Assembly (NCBI GenBank): GCA_965637545.1
Contig: OZ281500.1
Location: forward strand, 2,356,001-2,420,000
Reading direction: 5' to 3'
Origin: Phallusia mammillata
Lineage: Eukaryota
Length of the DNA: 64,000 bases
The notes beneath the pieces are model-generated. The model was not told where the DNA came from and searched no databases. It worked only from the letters and a program-made list of their open reading frames with translations. Of this stretch, positions 23,346 through 37,364 are shown piece by piece. The translations under genes and the position numbers were made by a program. Position 1 is the stretch's first letter, and each line of letters begins with the position of its first letter.

Positions 23346-24790
23346 CATTAAACCCGTAAAAATGGAAGTGTGCAGCGTAGTTTTACAATGTAAAAGAGCG
23401 AGTGTCACCCGGCGACAGTTAAAGTTGTAATATTACACGCTAGGTGGAGTAAAAGATTTGTTAGCAAACCCGCACCGACCAGGTATGTGTACAACGCCAC
23501 TCTCGTTAAAAATATAGGCGTTCATCGTTTAACATGCATATTCCTATTGCGGCATTTTTCTTTGTGCTTATCAGGCTATCAGGTATACATACAGGCAACT
23601 GTAATGCCTCTTATTTCTATATTGTTTTGCTATTTTGTATAACCAACCGTGAACTACGAAGAAACTGTAAATATGTCTGCTTTTTTATGAAAGATCTCAT
23701 CAACAACCATCCCGCTGATTTTGTGTTCCTTGGAAACGGAAGTACTTTCCAGTTACCTAATGTGACTTATATTCAAATCATAGCCGACCGCTGATAGATA
23801 GGTTGGAATGCTTGGTTTGGTGTTCAAAACCACATAAAAGTTTACGCGAATTGACTTGAGAATCGTTTCATTGCGTAACAATGACCACATGTTATACTAA
23901 CATACATTTGGTAAGCACGTCATGAACCACCGGTATTACCGGGGCTTCAGTTTTCTAAGGGTGCGCGAAACATGATTTTTATCGAGGTGATGTTGTCACT
24001 TATTATCGTGGCCGAGGAGGTTAGGCTGATGTACTGAAAAGGCAATCGTCGAAAAAATCGCCACAAAACGTGTTCCACAGCAATATTGAAAATCGTTTAA
24101 ATAGGAAGTTAGCATCGCAGAATCTAAATAAAAAATATAAAAAAGTATTTATCATAGTGCGAAGAATGAAATGACGACCCTTGTGGCATAGTTTATCATG
24201 TTCAATTATGGCTATGGCTATATTGATAAATATAGAGGCCCAGCGCTTTTTTTAAAATCGGTTTCGGCCCAGTTTTCGTAACAAAAGTTCTCAATAAACA
24301 AAGACGTGTTATGTTACTCTTGCAGCACAACACAAGACCAAAACGTTTTTTTTGTAGGGCACAGTGCAACCATTCCAGAGCATAGCTTTATAGCATTGAA
24401 ACCGCAAGGACAGAGCACACCAAAGGGCAAAGCGTCAAAGCCAGCTTGTACAAACAATACGAGAAAGACACAATAACTACGCAATTCGTGTAACATCTTT
24501 GTCTGATAAAAACAACACAGTCATGGTCAGGGTTTTTTTAAGGTTTGGTTTGGGTGACCGCTAAGTAGTTTTAATAGACCGCAAGTGTTTTATTTAAATA
24601 CCAAAAATAGCCATATTTGCTTTCTCCCAAATTTTGGGAAACCGCTGGAAAAATTTGGACCGAAACGATCCCCCAAAACACCTTAAAAAAACACTGGTCA
24701 TGGTATTGTTTTGGTGTGTTTCGCCATGCTTAGCATCTTGTGTGGTGTATATTTGGCAAAAACACAACTACGTTATAGACAATTGTGAAT

Positions 24791-27607
24791 TTAATCGGCC
24801 AACGGCTCTTGCAAGACAGTTCCTGCATGGTAAAATATAGAGGGGGTGTTTGGGTAGGGTGGAGTTGGTGGCCTGATTTTTAACTCCCATTCACACTTCG
24901 CCAACATTTTGGCAATATTCACGAAGTTTTTTTCCAAACAGCAGTTCTCATACACAAACTGACAAAGTATTATTCCATGTTTTGCGGCAGCAAGGCCCTC
25001 CTCATAGCGTTGTAGCCTACATAAGTTGATAACCAGAGTACATGCAGCAGTTACGGACCTGTTTGAATATTTAAGACTTTCCAAATAAATCGACAACTGA
25101 AACGCCATTTTGTCAAACATAACCGCATCATGGGGTCGGCCGTTCTGAACCAGGTGTGTAGAAATATCGTGATAACGCACATCGAGTTCGGGAAAGTCTG
25201 TCACAGATTGCTTAGGTATATTTTTTTTACGAAGTAATTCCGTCTTTTCTTTCCAAAGTTCTTTTAATAACACCTCTGCTTCTGTTAGCCGGCCCGATCG
25301 TGCCAGGGAATCAGCTTTATACGCAAGCAAAGTGTCAACTCTTTCCGAGGTCTTGCATTGTAATGCCTTATCACAGTTAACAAGAGCTTCTTCGTATCTC
25401 TCTAGGTTGTACAGACTTTCACATCTATGATATAATGCGCAACTTAGAAATGTGTCGGTTGCTTCATTTACATGTTCTTTTCGTATTTGCGTTATTATTT
25501 CTTCATTCACCGAAAGAGCTTCGTTATAACAACCCACACGATTTAAGCTGTTATTAAGCGCAACTGACATTGAAAAATAACCGTGATTGTTTGAGTTCGT
25601 GGTTCGGTCCATTTTGGTTTCATTGTATGCGAGCTCCAAATAATACCGCGCTTTTTTGTGATCTCCATGCATAACGTAACAATATCCAAATGTTTTGTTG
25701 ATGTCGATCCTTAATTCACCAACAATTTCATGGGAATAAACGTCAAGAATTTTTTTTATGTTGTTCAATGCTTGTCCGTGCCTGTTTAACATACTTAAAG
25801 ATAAGCAATATTGTCGCAAGAAATTGAAACGGATTTGGGCTAAATTTGGTGAATTAAGTCGTGTTAATTCGTCGTTACAGACTTTAAGGATTTCTTCATA
25901 TTTCCCAGTTTCAAACAAACAACTCACACGCATTAACTGCAAATCAAGTCGTTCATCCTCATCAAAGGGTTTACAGTGATTTAATAGTTTTAATGCAAGT
26001 GTGGATTTACGCAATGTGTAGGCCAGCATTGCTGCACGAACTGGCGACTCCTCAAAATCAATGGTTTCCTTACTTATTTTTTCTTCAAAGCAACAAACAA
26101 CAACCTGTTGAAGTGATGCTGCGATATTCATTCCAGATATAACTGCTCTGTTGCCTATGTTTTTCATGAGATGTACTGTATGCGATGGTTGGGATAAAAA
26201 AAATGGTTGGTGTAAAATGTCATTTTGTCCTGAGGTTTTGCTGTACCACCTCAAACGCATTTCACATGCAATTGCCAATGAAAATTGAAGGTTACCGTGC
26301 AACATCTCATTTATTATATGACGATCCAGCAGTTCGTCAATGATATCGAAACAGGTTAGCTTGTTACATTGGTTTAAACGACCCAAAGCCAACACGAAAA
26401 GCGAACAACTCCTTAACACAACACGCTTTATGTCTACTTTTTTGTATAAACCATTGTCCAAATTGAAGAGATCAAAATTTTCTTTGATATTATGATGCGC
26501 TCGTTGGTTGAAGACAGGCATCTGATTTAGATTATGTTCAACTTTTGATTCAAACTCATCAAAAACACCAGAATCTCCAAATACAAAACAAGTTGTGGTC
26601 AACATATCTGCTAAATGATATCCGTTTTTTAAATCTTCTTCTGTTTCCAAGTACTTCGCCATCTCACTGACTATTTTAATTAGCTCAGTTGTCCACGGCT
26701 TCTTCTGTGTCTTTGTTTGTCTTCCCAATGGATTCTTACTAGCTTGAGGAGCAAATCCATCAGGACAAATTCCACATGGAGTGTATGCGTCATAAAACCA
26801 ATCTTCTTCCTTGTTACACGGATTGTTAAGACATGGAATAGACAGAAATTTAAGCAAAGTTTCACCAAGACGAACCAGTATCATTTGGTAAATAGTTGCA
26901 AACCATCGGAAGTAGTTTAAAACAATATTGTAGTTTTCATAGTTTTGAGCACCTTCTTCCAGCACAATAATGCTTTCAAAATCAGAATATGGAGTAACTT
27001 CTTTTTTGGCCAACGAACCCATTCCTACCAAAGCAAACTTACACAGTGGTTCCCCAATTATCTGCTCGGTATATTCAGCAATGAGCGCCATTGTATCTGT
27101 GTATGTTTTACTGACATAATCCTGTATTTTTCTCATTTGTTCAACTCTCTGCCTCCGTATTGCATTAAGTTGGTCGCCTTTCAAGTCATCAGACATTGGT
27201 TTCAGCTCACGAAGCTTATCTTTTGTGTTTTCACGAAGATTTTGTATTTTTGCTTTGGTGTCTGTAACAGCTTTATTCACCAGCTCTACGTCTGTACTTG
27301 CAGCATTAGCCAACGTCATAATATGCATGCACACGTCATCAAGATCTTTCCTAATGTCATTTGCATTGTCAGGTTGCCTTAACACAGCTGATGTCATTAA
27401 AGCAACACTTTGAATGAGACTGATCTTATCTGGACTTTTCTCTCTGTACACAAGTCCCAACTGATGCAAAGTTTTTGCTGATTCTTTTGGATCTTTTTCC
27501 ACTCCATTATCATAACATTGTTTTTTCAATGTATTTGCTAAGTCGTTGATGACAACGTCTGTTATTATATCGTTCAAGCAATCGTACGAATCTTTACAGG
27601 CATACAT
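24791..27607 (-). CDS. NTase-TPR protein, copy 5 (938 aa)
   Basis: Intact ORF with GSLAKKEVTPYSDFE, TPRs and PSIFYHA. Acceptor TTTTAATACAG|G ends at 27636. Confidence 0.92.
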   Translation of the reverse strand: MYACKDSYDCLNDIITDVVINDLANTLKKQCYDNGVEKDPKESAKTLHQLGLVYREKSPDKISLIQSVALMTSAVLRQPDNANDIRKDLDDVCMHIMTLANAASTDVELVNKAVTDTKAKIQNLRENTKDKLRELKPMSDDLKGDQLNAIRRQRVEQMRKIQDYVSKTYTDTMALIAEYTEQIIGEPLCKFALVGMGSLAKKEVTPYSDFESIIVLEEGAQNYENYNIVLNYFRWFATIYQMILVRLGETLLKFLSIPCLNNPCNKEEDWFYDAYTPCGICPDGFAPQASKNPLGRQTKTQKKPWTTELIKIVSEMAKYLETEEDLKNGYHLADMLTTTCFVFGDSGVFDEFESKVEHNLNQMPVFNQRAHHNIKENFDLFNLDNGLYKKVDIKRVVLRSCSLFVLALGRLNQCNKLTCFDIIDELLDRHIINEMLHGNLQFSLAIACEMRLRWYSKTSGQNDILHQPFFLSQPSHTVHLMKNIGNRAVISGMNIAASLQQVVVCCFEEKISKETIDFEESPVRAAMLAYTLRKSTLALKLLNHCKPFDEDERLDLQLMRVSCLFETGKYEEILKVCNDELTRLNSPNLAQIRFNFLRQYCLSLSMLNRHGQALNNIKKILDVYSHEIVGELRIDINKTFGYCYVMHGDHKKARYYLELAYNETKMDRTTNSNNHGYFSMSVALNNSLNRVGCYNEALSVNEEIITQIRKEHVNEATDTFLSCALYHRCESLYNLERYEEALVNCDKALQCKTSERVDTLLAYKADSLARSGRLTEAEVLLKELWKEKTELLRKKNIPKQSVTDFPELDVRYHDISTHLVQNGRPHDAVMFDKMAFQLSIYLESLKYSNRSVTAACTLVINLCRLQRYEEGLAAAKHGIILCQFVYENCCLEKNFVNIAKMLAKCEWELKIRPPTPPYPNTPSIFYHAGTVLQEPLAD

Positions 27608-30600
27608 TTTTTTAGCATTACTACTTAATACTGTCCTGTATTAAAATCACGTAAACAAACGAACTCTTTTTTGGACAATAATATCTGTTGTAATAAACGT
27701 AATATCTGTTTCTCGGCTACTGTGTCATCTGACGAGGATATACAAATATAATATATTTCTACACTTAAATCAACCACCCATTTTCACTTCCGAACAAATC
27801 TTCTCGTGCTGTTATGTCAAAAGAGGCAGAGGTTTCAACTGATATACCTCTACATCGCTTCAAGCTTTTTCTCACAATTCGAATCAATCGCTTACAGATT
27901 GTGACGCTTAAGTTCTCTTATACGCAAGCAAAGTGACGCTTAAATTCTTGCCACCTGATACTGACGCTTTGTGTTGGAGAAACATTATAAAAAACCTATT
28001 TGTGCCAATACGACCCCACAGTGCACTCTAAAATAGCACTGCTTAAATCTTCAAATTGTCATTGTTGTGAAAACAACGAGGTCTATGCTTGTATTAAGAT
28101 AAATCACATATCTACAAAACCTTATGTCGTTAATAAAATTGTTCACTGCGTATTTTGGAATAAAAATTTATTTTGATCCAATTTCGAAACTGACATTTCA
28201 TACTTTAAACGGATTTGACTTTGCTTCCAACAAACAGATAAAACTTGTGGTCTGGTAGTAAATATTCTGCATAAAAGTTCGATCTACATTAAATCAGGCT
28301 AGATTCGTTGATTTTGATTCATCCAATCTTTGTTTAAAGTCATTTTGAAGACCTTGTGCGAAGGAATAGATAGGCTACTTGCGTCTTATAACAAGTGTGG
28401 TTGGTCTATTTGACAACATTTGGTCAGTTTTGTTTATTCCCAACAACCGTTGAAAAAAGCAAAAGCATGGACTCGCTGACTGATAATAAGATTCCTGCAT
28501 GGTTAATTTGACCTGAATACAAAGTTTCGTTGTCTTGTATCCATCAAAAACCTTATAATTTAATGTTGCAGTTTTGTTTACTATTTTGCTGGGTTTATGT
28601 ACCGTAAATTTATTAGATATAAATCGAAACCACGATTTACGAAAAACACACAATTAAACAAGAATATCGTGTGTCTCTTGTACACTGCTTTTGCTGTGAG
28701 TTGTGTTGCAGAATGTTTACTATTTTGTTTATATTTCTTCCCTCTCTTTCAGAACGAAGCGATATGATAGTTGTACATTTTCATCTTGCAGCCTGAAACA
28801 AGTCGAGCGCCTGACGCGGACCAATGCGGTCTCTGTGTCTCTGACGGCAAATGGTTGCCACGTGATGGCGTGTCAAAGAGTTGATGAAACTTTTCGAAAT
28901 TGCTTCCGCACAAAAAAAAAAACTTCATGGTAAGTATTTGCATCAATGTGGCGACGCATCCGATATAACAACTAGGATCGATATTACCATTGAGCTTGAA
29001 TTGCGTGATTATTTTCATTCTCCCAGATGTAACTTATTTAAAACCAAGTGTTAGGTGGCACATTTCACAGCATGTTAGCACAGCACCATTAAAAAAATGC
29101 TCGCAAAGGTGACACGGGTAAATGCCATCACGTACCAATAACACAGACCAAAAGAAATATGATATACCAGGTACCTTTCCCATGCCGCGTGGCTTCATTG
29201 TGCGAAACTTTTATTAAAACCACGACTTTTTTTAAATCAGCTAAGGTCACCGGCTAAACACAAAAACAACGTGCGGAGGTTTGTGAGTTTGCCTCACTAC
29301 ACAAAGCTCCCGTGGGTGTGGGGAGTAACTTTGCTTTTGTCTCTTTCAACCTGTTAAAACAAACCTCCAGTAACAAAGCAAAGAATGAAACGCCACGGCA
29401 CCAAACGAGCTGTGAAATGTATTGGACAAAAACTTGGCGAAAACAACCCCCAACTCTAAAAATAACAAACATGTTTCGATCCGCTAGGGTTTGCGAAAAT
29501 AACTTTGTTTGCAATGCCATCTAGAGGTTACACTTGTTGGGATGCCTCGTATTTATGCTTTTTGAATTTCCAAAAACAGCTCCAAGATGGCTTTATTGTT
29601 TGTATCCCCTAATAGTTTCCCCGATTTTTGTCCCGCTAACGAATTGATTTACACCCCCCTTTTTGTACAAGTGATGCAGAAATCGGTCCAAAAGTTTAAA
29701 CAACACAAACGTAGGTGAATAATGTCAATGCCAAAAGTATAGGTTTTGAATTCAATAATATGTTCAATGATTCACATCGTTTACAACACAACACAGCGAA
29801 CTACAATTAAACCCCTTAAACTGTATGAGTAAAGCGAAAGTCCAGTTGACGAGGATTAAATGAACAAATAGCCTAAATTTGCGATGTTTGTAATCTACTG
29901 CGCCGTCAAGTGGCAACATAAATCGTCCCTTTTAACTTGGTTTTTGATTTAGGTAAAACTGAGTCGTAACTAGAACCTCATAGTGCGACGAGCGTTTAAA
30001 GGCTTTATACCAAAGCAAGCTTCAGGTTTAATCCCAGTGATGTATATATGTTTATTTTGACTTTAAAGGATTCTTTTTAGTACACAAAAAAAACTTTCTT
30101 TTTAGGTGGTCTAAAGATCACAAGTCGGAAAGTGCCTGCCATGAAGCAGATGTCAACACACAGCACATGAGTTGAAAGCAAAGCAGAGCGGACTCGTTAA
30201 GTGAGCATTAGTTTATAGCCTCACCATCACTCTATACGTGCAATTTTGCTTGTTATGGCTATACACTTTCTTTGTAACGCTAGATTTATAAGGAAATATG
30301 CGGTACACAAGAATGGTTAATTATCAAGTTAGACTGAGTATAAGCGAAATAGCACGTTCGTTTGCAATCAGACTCAAGTCGTCCCGCCTTGCATTTAGTT
30401 CTTTCGTGTATTTTAGCTCTGAGCTTTGTAGTAGAGGTAACACTGGGGCCCTTTTACATCGCTTTTGAATATTACATCAGTAACTTCGCTAAATGTACGT
30501 AAATGTACTATCAGTTTATTTAGTGGAACATTTATCGTGGTTTTGTTTACAGAACAAAACGTATGCTACATAAATCCTAATGGAACTGCAGGTGAATCTG

Positions 30601-31822
30601 CGTACATTTCAAGAATGTGTCTGGTTGGACTGTGTTTCTTTCCAACGGTTTAAAGTTTAGAGGATTTAGGATTTAATCATTCGTTATCTACTAACAGTTA
30701 GTTTAGGGATCCCAATAAAATCAAAATATCTTTAAAGCGTTTACTTGTTTAGTCTGTTTACCGACACATTACGGACTAAGGAATTGTTTAAATACAACTG
30801 TAGTGGTGGTTGTACAATGTTACAGATAGTCGTGTGTCACGTGATAACAATTCACGTGCACACCCTAGAGGGAGTAAAAGATCTATTAACTGTCATATAG
30901 TTGCTAAGTTTTAAAGCGTAACACCCTCGTCTAAAATTGGTGCAGCTCATTTAGCGTGTTTTGATGCATATTCCCTTTGCTGGTTTTTGCTTCAATATCA
31001 GGCATACAAAGAGGCAACTGCAGTGCCTATCATTTATGCTTTGCACTAGCATATTATTGATGAAAATTTTAATAAACATCTAGTTTGTATGCTGGAATAA
31101 CTATGTTCGATTTATTTGTTTACAGAAGCTGACTATTGGCGAACTACGTGCAGCAATTCGTCTCTATTTTTAGCTACGGAAATCTCAATTTAGTTGTAAG
31201 TAAGTCTGCTTTTGATTATAGGTCTTAGTCGCCAACCGTCTGGTGATTTAACTGTGGTTCATAATAAATATTTGCCTATTTCAAAGCCACTTAATTGTCA
31301 AGATGATAACGTGTTAGACGATATTATTTACAAACACAACAACACAGCGACCGTTTTGGAATCGTTTATATGTGGACTTTTGCACAACAAAAACCCGAAA
31401 AGGAATTTAACACGAAACTTAAATGCGCAACAAAAGGGCGAAACCTAATTTGTCAAAAAATATGTGTTATATTATCATTTTTAATCATAACTAACATTAC
31501 AACAAAAGCCAACAATAGTTACTGGGTCTTGACTAATTTGTTAATTAAACAATCGTTCCCAGTATTTATCACATACACTTTGTGAAATAAACGTGTTATG
31601 CTACCATTTCTACTGGAGCGTAACGAACAAACGAAGAAAAATCACAAATATCACAGTAGCAAAAATAACAGAAGGAATCGCACCAAAGTAAAATAAGGGG
31701 CAAAGCGTCGAAATTTAGCGTGCAAAAACAACACACAAACAATATGAAATTTTCGTATTGCGTGTAATATTATTAGCTTTGACAAACACAATACACGTGG
31801 TAACACATGGTAATAGTATCAC

Positions 31823-34750
31823 TTATAGTGGTTTGATTTGCAACTTTCGGTTGTGTAGCGCTTTTTTGAGCATCTTGTGTGCCGCGCATTTTGCAAAAAC
31901 GTAACTACGTAATGGAAAATTGTAAATTGAACTTGAATCGGTCAACCGCTTGTGCAAAATTGATCCTGCATGGTAAAATATGGAGGGGGTGGATTCGTAG
32001 GATGGAGTTGGTGGCCTGACTTTTAACTTCCATTCACACTTCGCCAACGTTTTGACAATTTCAACAAATATTTCTTCCACACAGCAGTTCTCATAAGCAA
32101 ACTGACAAAGTTTTATTCCATGTTTTGCGGCAACAAGGCACTCCTCGTAACGTCGAAGCTTGAATATGTGTGTAACCACAGAGCATGTAGCAGTTACGTT
32201 CATTTCAAGATCTTCGAAATATTGATTCATATTTTCCAAATAAATCGGCAACTGAAACGCCATTTTGTCAAATATATCTGCATAGCCATGTACGACGTCC
32301 TTAACCAGGTCTTCAGTAATTACTGCGAGTTCGGGAAAATCTGTCACAGTTTGCTTGGTTGGAACCATTATTTTGAAGCAAATTTCTGTAAATGCCATCT
32401 TTGCTTCCGCTAACCGATCCAATTTTTTTAAGGAATTCATTTTAAACTCGAACAAACAGTCTAATGTTCCCAAATCCATGCATTTTAATGCTTCATCACA
32501 GTAAACAAGAGTTTCCTCGTACCTCTTTAGTGCGTACAAACTCACATATCTATTATGAAATGCTGAATTTAGTACTGTGTCGGTTTCCTCATCTACATGC
32601 TCTTTTCGTCGTTCGGATATTAATTCGTCATTCACCGAAATAGCTTCGTCATAACAACCCCCAAAATTAAGGCATACATTAAAACCATTTAAGAGTACGA
32701 AATAAATCCAATTGAACTTTATGTCAAAGTCGTTTTTAAATTCATTGTATGCGAGCTCTAAATAATGCCGAGCTTTTGCGTAGTTTTCATTCACCATGTA
32801 GTAATTCCCAATCGCTATGTTGATTTCTGTTCTTAGTTCACCCGAAATTTCATTTGAATCAACGTCAGATAACATTTTTATATATTTCGATTCTTGTTGG
32901 TACTTTTTTAACATATTTAAAGATCCGCAATATATCAGCAAGACACGAACACGCATGACGAATAATCTTGGTGCACTAAGTCTTGGTAACTCGTTCTCAC
33001 AAATTTTAACGATTTCTTCATACTTCCCAGTTTGAAACAAACATACTGCTCGCATAACCTGCAATACATGTTGGCCTTGCTCATCCAATTCATCATCAGA
33101 GGTTTTACATTCATCTAATAGTTCTAAAGCAAGTGTGAATAGTTGCCATAGTAATGCCTGCCACGCTGCAAGAAATGGCGACTCCACAATATCAATGGTT
33201 TCCTCAATTCTTTCATTTTCAAAGCAATCAAGAACGTAGTGTTGGAGGGATGTTATGATATTTATTCCAACTATAACTGCTCTGTCACCTATGTCTTTTG
33301 TAAGGTGATTAGTGCCCGATTGATGTAAAGAGAATGGGCGATGTACAATGTCGTTTTGACCTGATGTCCTGCTGTACCACCTCAAACGCTTTTCACATGC
33401 CACTGCCAACGAAAATTGTAGTTTGCTATGCAATGTATCGTCCACAATATCGCGACCCAAAAGTTCGTCAAGGATTTCAAAACAGGTAAAATTTTTACAT
33501 TTGTATAAACGTCCAAGAGCCAAAACAAAAAGAGAACAACTCCGGAACACAACTCGCTTTATGTCTACTTTCCCTAATAAATCCAAGGAGTTTAGTTGGT
33601 AAAGATCGAAATCTTTTTTAATATTTTGCCGTGCCCGTTGGTTGAAAATGGACATTACATTCAGTTTTTGCTTGATTTTTGATTTGAACTCCTCATAAAC
33701 ACCAGAATCGCCAGCAACGGAACATGTTTCGGTCAACATGTCGGCTAAATGATATCCATTTTTTAGATCCTCTTCTGTTTCCAAGTACTTTACCATCTCA
33801 TTGACGGGTTTAATAAGCTCGGTTGTCCACGGCTTCTACTTTGTCTTTGTTTGTCTTCCCAATGGGTTCTTACTTGCTTGGGGAGCAAATCCATCAGGAG
33901 AAATTCCACAAGTAGTGTGTGCGTCATAAAACCAATTTTCTTCCTTCTTTAAGGGATTGTTGAGACATGGAATGGCCAGGAATGTGAGTAAAGTTTCACC
34001 GAGCCGAACCAGTATCATTTGGAAAACAGTTGCAAACCAACGAAAATATTCCAAAATGTTTTTGTAATCAGGCCGTTCCTTACATTTTCCCTCCAACACA
34101 ATAATGCTCTCGAAGTCAGAATATGGAGTAATTTCTTTTTTGGCCAACGAACCCATTCCTAACAAGGCAAACTTACAAGGTGATTCCCCAATTATCTGCT
34201 CGGTATGTTCAGCAATAAGCTCCATAATCTTAGTGTATGCTTTACTTACGAAATTTTGAATTTCTCTCATGTTTTCAACTCTTTTCCTCTGATTTGCATC
34301 AAGCTGTTCGCCTTTTAAGTCGTCAGACATTGGTTTGAGCTCACTAAGTTTATCTTTTGTGTTTTCACGAAGTATTTGAATTTTTGCTTTTGTCTCGACA
34401 ACAGCTTTACTCACCAAATCTGCATCTAGGTTTGCAGCGTTAGCCAACGTCATAATATGCATGCACACGTCATTAAGGTCTTGTTTAATTGCTTCAACAT
34501 TGTCTGGCTGCCTTAACACAGCGGATGTCATTAAAGCAACACTTTGAATGAGACTGATCTTATCTGGACTTTTCTCTTTGTACACAAGTCCCAACTGATG
34601 CAAAGTTTTTGCTGATTCCTTTGGTTCAATTTCCACTCCATTGTTATAACATTGTTTTCTCAACTTAGTTGCCAAATCGCTGATGACTACTTCTGTTATT
34701 ATATCGTTTAAACAATCGTACGAATCTTTGCATGCATACATTTTTGGCAT
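31823..34750 (-). pseudogene. NTase-TPR copy 6 with one in-frame nonsense codon
   Basis: ORFs 33836-34750 and 31823-33796 are in the same frame. TAG at 33836-33838 replaces the AAG (Lys) of TKTQKKPW seen in other copies, and the 13 intervening codons (KPWTTELIKPVNE) are intact. Acceptor TTTAATACAG|G ends at 34768. Confidence 0.88.
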
Positions 34751-35944
34751 CTCTACTTAATACTGTCCTGTATTAAACTCACAAGCACAGGCGAACCTTT
34801 TCATATTGAACTACTCGTTTGCCATTGAACGGAAGCTAAACAAAACTTCCTCTGTTTAGTTAGGTCAACAAAGGCAAAGTTTCCACCTGATACGCTTCAT
34901 CGGTTCACGCTTTTCTCACAACTTTAAAAAATAGCTTATAAATGTGACTCCTATGTTCTTTTGTGAATTCTCGCCAATAACTGACAATACTGCCGCTTTA
35001 TGTAGGAGAAACCACTGTACATATGTGCCTACTTGTTTCAGTTCGACCCTGGAACGCACACTTATATAGCTTTGATTACATCTTCAAACGGATATTGTTG
35101 CGAAAATAACGTCTACTCATTCGTTAAAATACCATTCTTAAAGTGTTTTAAAATAATGATTTTAACAACTTTTTTTTCAATGGCAGTATTGGCCAAATGT
35201 TATATTCAAGACAGGGTGGCATTGCCTCCAATCCAACCGTTTTTACACAACTATTTTTTTCTCGTTTAAGACACGTATGTGACCATGGCGCATGTGTGGA
35301 CTATTGAGTATTGTGTGCTTAAAAGCGACGATGTTTGAAAAACGTCTTACTCTCGTTACCAAAAATCAAAACTCCCGGCAATGAGTACTTGTGTCATTCC
35401 GAATGAACTACTTGGATCGGTATTAACTTTGTGTTGAAATTGCGTGATTGTTTTTCTGTCTCCTGGATTTACTTTGAAAATACGAAAACCCGATTGCCAG
35501 GCTATTTTTTTCAGCATTTCAGCATAGCACCATTTTACAAAATTGCCCCCAAAGGAAAGCACAGTTAAAATACCACTGCGTACCAAAAACACAGACCAAA
35601 AGAAATATGATACAAAAGATGCCCTTTCTCATGTAGCGTGACTCTATTGTGTGAAAAACCTTTTGTTACCACCAACACTTCTTCTAAAACTGTTAAAAAA
35701 ATATAGTGATGAAAACAAAAAATGAAACGTCACAACACCAAATAAGCATGCTGGGAAATTCATTTCACAAAACTTTGGTAAAACAATCCCCATCCAGTAA
35801 CAATGATAAACTTGTTCTGATCCGCGAGGGTGTCCATCAATAACTTGGTTTGCAATGACAGTCAGGGGTTTCACTTGTTGACAATCCTCCTCCTCCTATG
35901 GTATAATTATATATTTAATTATTCTTATTTCTCACCCCACCGCC

Positions 35945-35992
35945 AAAAAGCTTTGACATAATTCTTATAAAAGCTTTGTCATAATTCTTATA
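35945..35992. repeat. Two-copy 23-bp tandem duplication
   Basis: AAAAGCTTTG(A/T)CATAATTCTTAT repeated twice. Confidence 0.8.
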
Positions 35993-37364
35993 ACGTGTTT
36001 GATCAAGTAGTCTGAGGTATTCGGCCAAACATTAAGACACAAAAAAGTCACCAGGTCTTATACTACGAAGCGTTCTGTGGTCAAACGTCAAAAAACTATC
36101 CAACTCTTTCCTTCTTCATAATATAATATGAAATGACACAAATAGTTGTTTACTATCTGACAACGACAGGTTTTAATATTTTTTTTTCGCTACGTGGGGC
36201 AAATGATTCATTTATCAAAACAACTCTTGTGCGGTTTAACATGTATGATTTACCGAAGTTAAAATTATAAACGCAAATATAGTTTTATATTGTTGTATCA
36301 CACAAACGCCATCCCTCTGGTAAAATAGAGTGTTTATTTATCTGGTATAACCCTTTTTTATTGAGTATCCTTAAATAAACAATATATGGGTCTGACTAGC
36401 AAAAGTCGGACCTATACTTGATAATAGGTTTCTTTACAAGAAGACCTCTACAAACTTAAGGTTTTTTTGTCGTTCGTTTTTTAGAGAATGAGACATGTGT
36501 TTAACAATCGCCTTGTTCTTTTTTCCTCGTTTGCTGGCAAATAGTTCATTGAAATTCCACCGCTGATCTATGGATCCTTGTACTGACGCTCAAAACAAAA
36601 TATTTATAAACTTTTTGACAATACGACCCGACGCTTCCACCTGAAAAGGCTTTCCTAAAACCATTGTGCACAGGAATGGAGTCTGTAATTGAGAAGATAC
36701 AAATCTTATTATTTCAGTTTAAAGTTTGTGTCCTAAAATCCTTGTATTTAAAATGTGGTATATTTTTGCAGCAAAAAGGCCGACACATCCGTGTGTCTGT
36801 TAAAACTTCTCCTCTTATAACCTTGTTTTAGAAGTTTTAATCGTTGTGGCTGAACGATAACAATTTTTCTACAGTAACCGTGCAAGCCTAAACATGCTTG
36901 TATATGTTTAATGTTTTACTATGTTTATCAACCCTTTTTACCCACATTACAACTATTAAAAAAATTGTGTTTTTTGATAGTACACTGTATTAGCACAGCA
37001 AAAATTAAAAAATTGAACAAAAACCCAACCTAAGAGACAATACAGTCAAACCAACCCATCCCAAAACACAGGACGAAAGAAATACGATTCAATAGGTGCT
37101 CTTCCCTCGTGGCATCATTGTGTCAAAACAAAACAACGACTTCTATCAAAACAGCTTGGACTTAAACTGAAACATACTCACAATTGGCATAGTTGTGTGA
37201 TTTTTGGTCTTACTCACTAAACAAAAGATTACGTTGTAGTGTTAAGAATAACATTGCCATGTTTTCGTACCTTTCAACTGGTGGAAAACTAAACAAGAGT
37301 AATTTGACATTTGTTGATATTTGTCCAAAGTACAACAAAGGCCAGGGCTATTCACTATCTAAGC

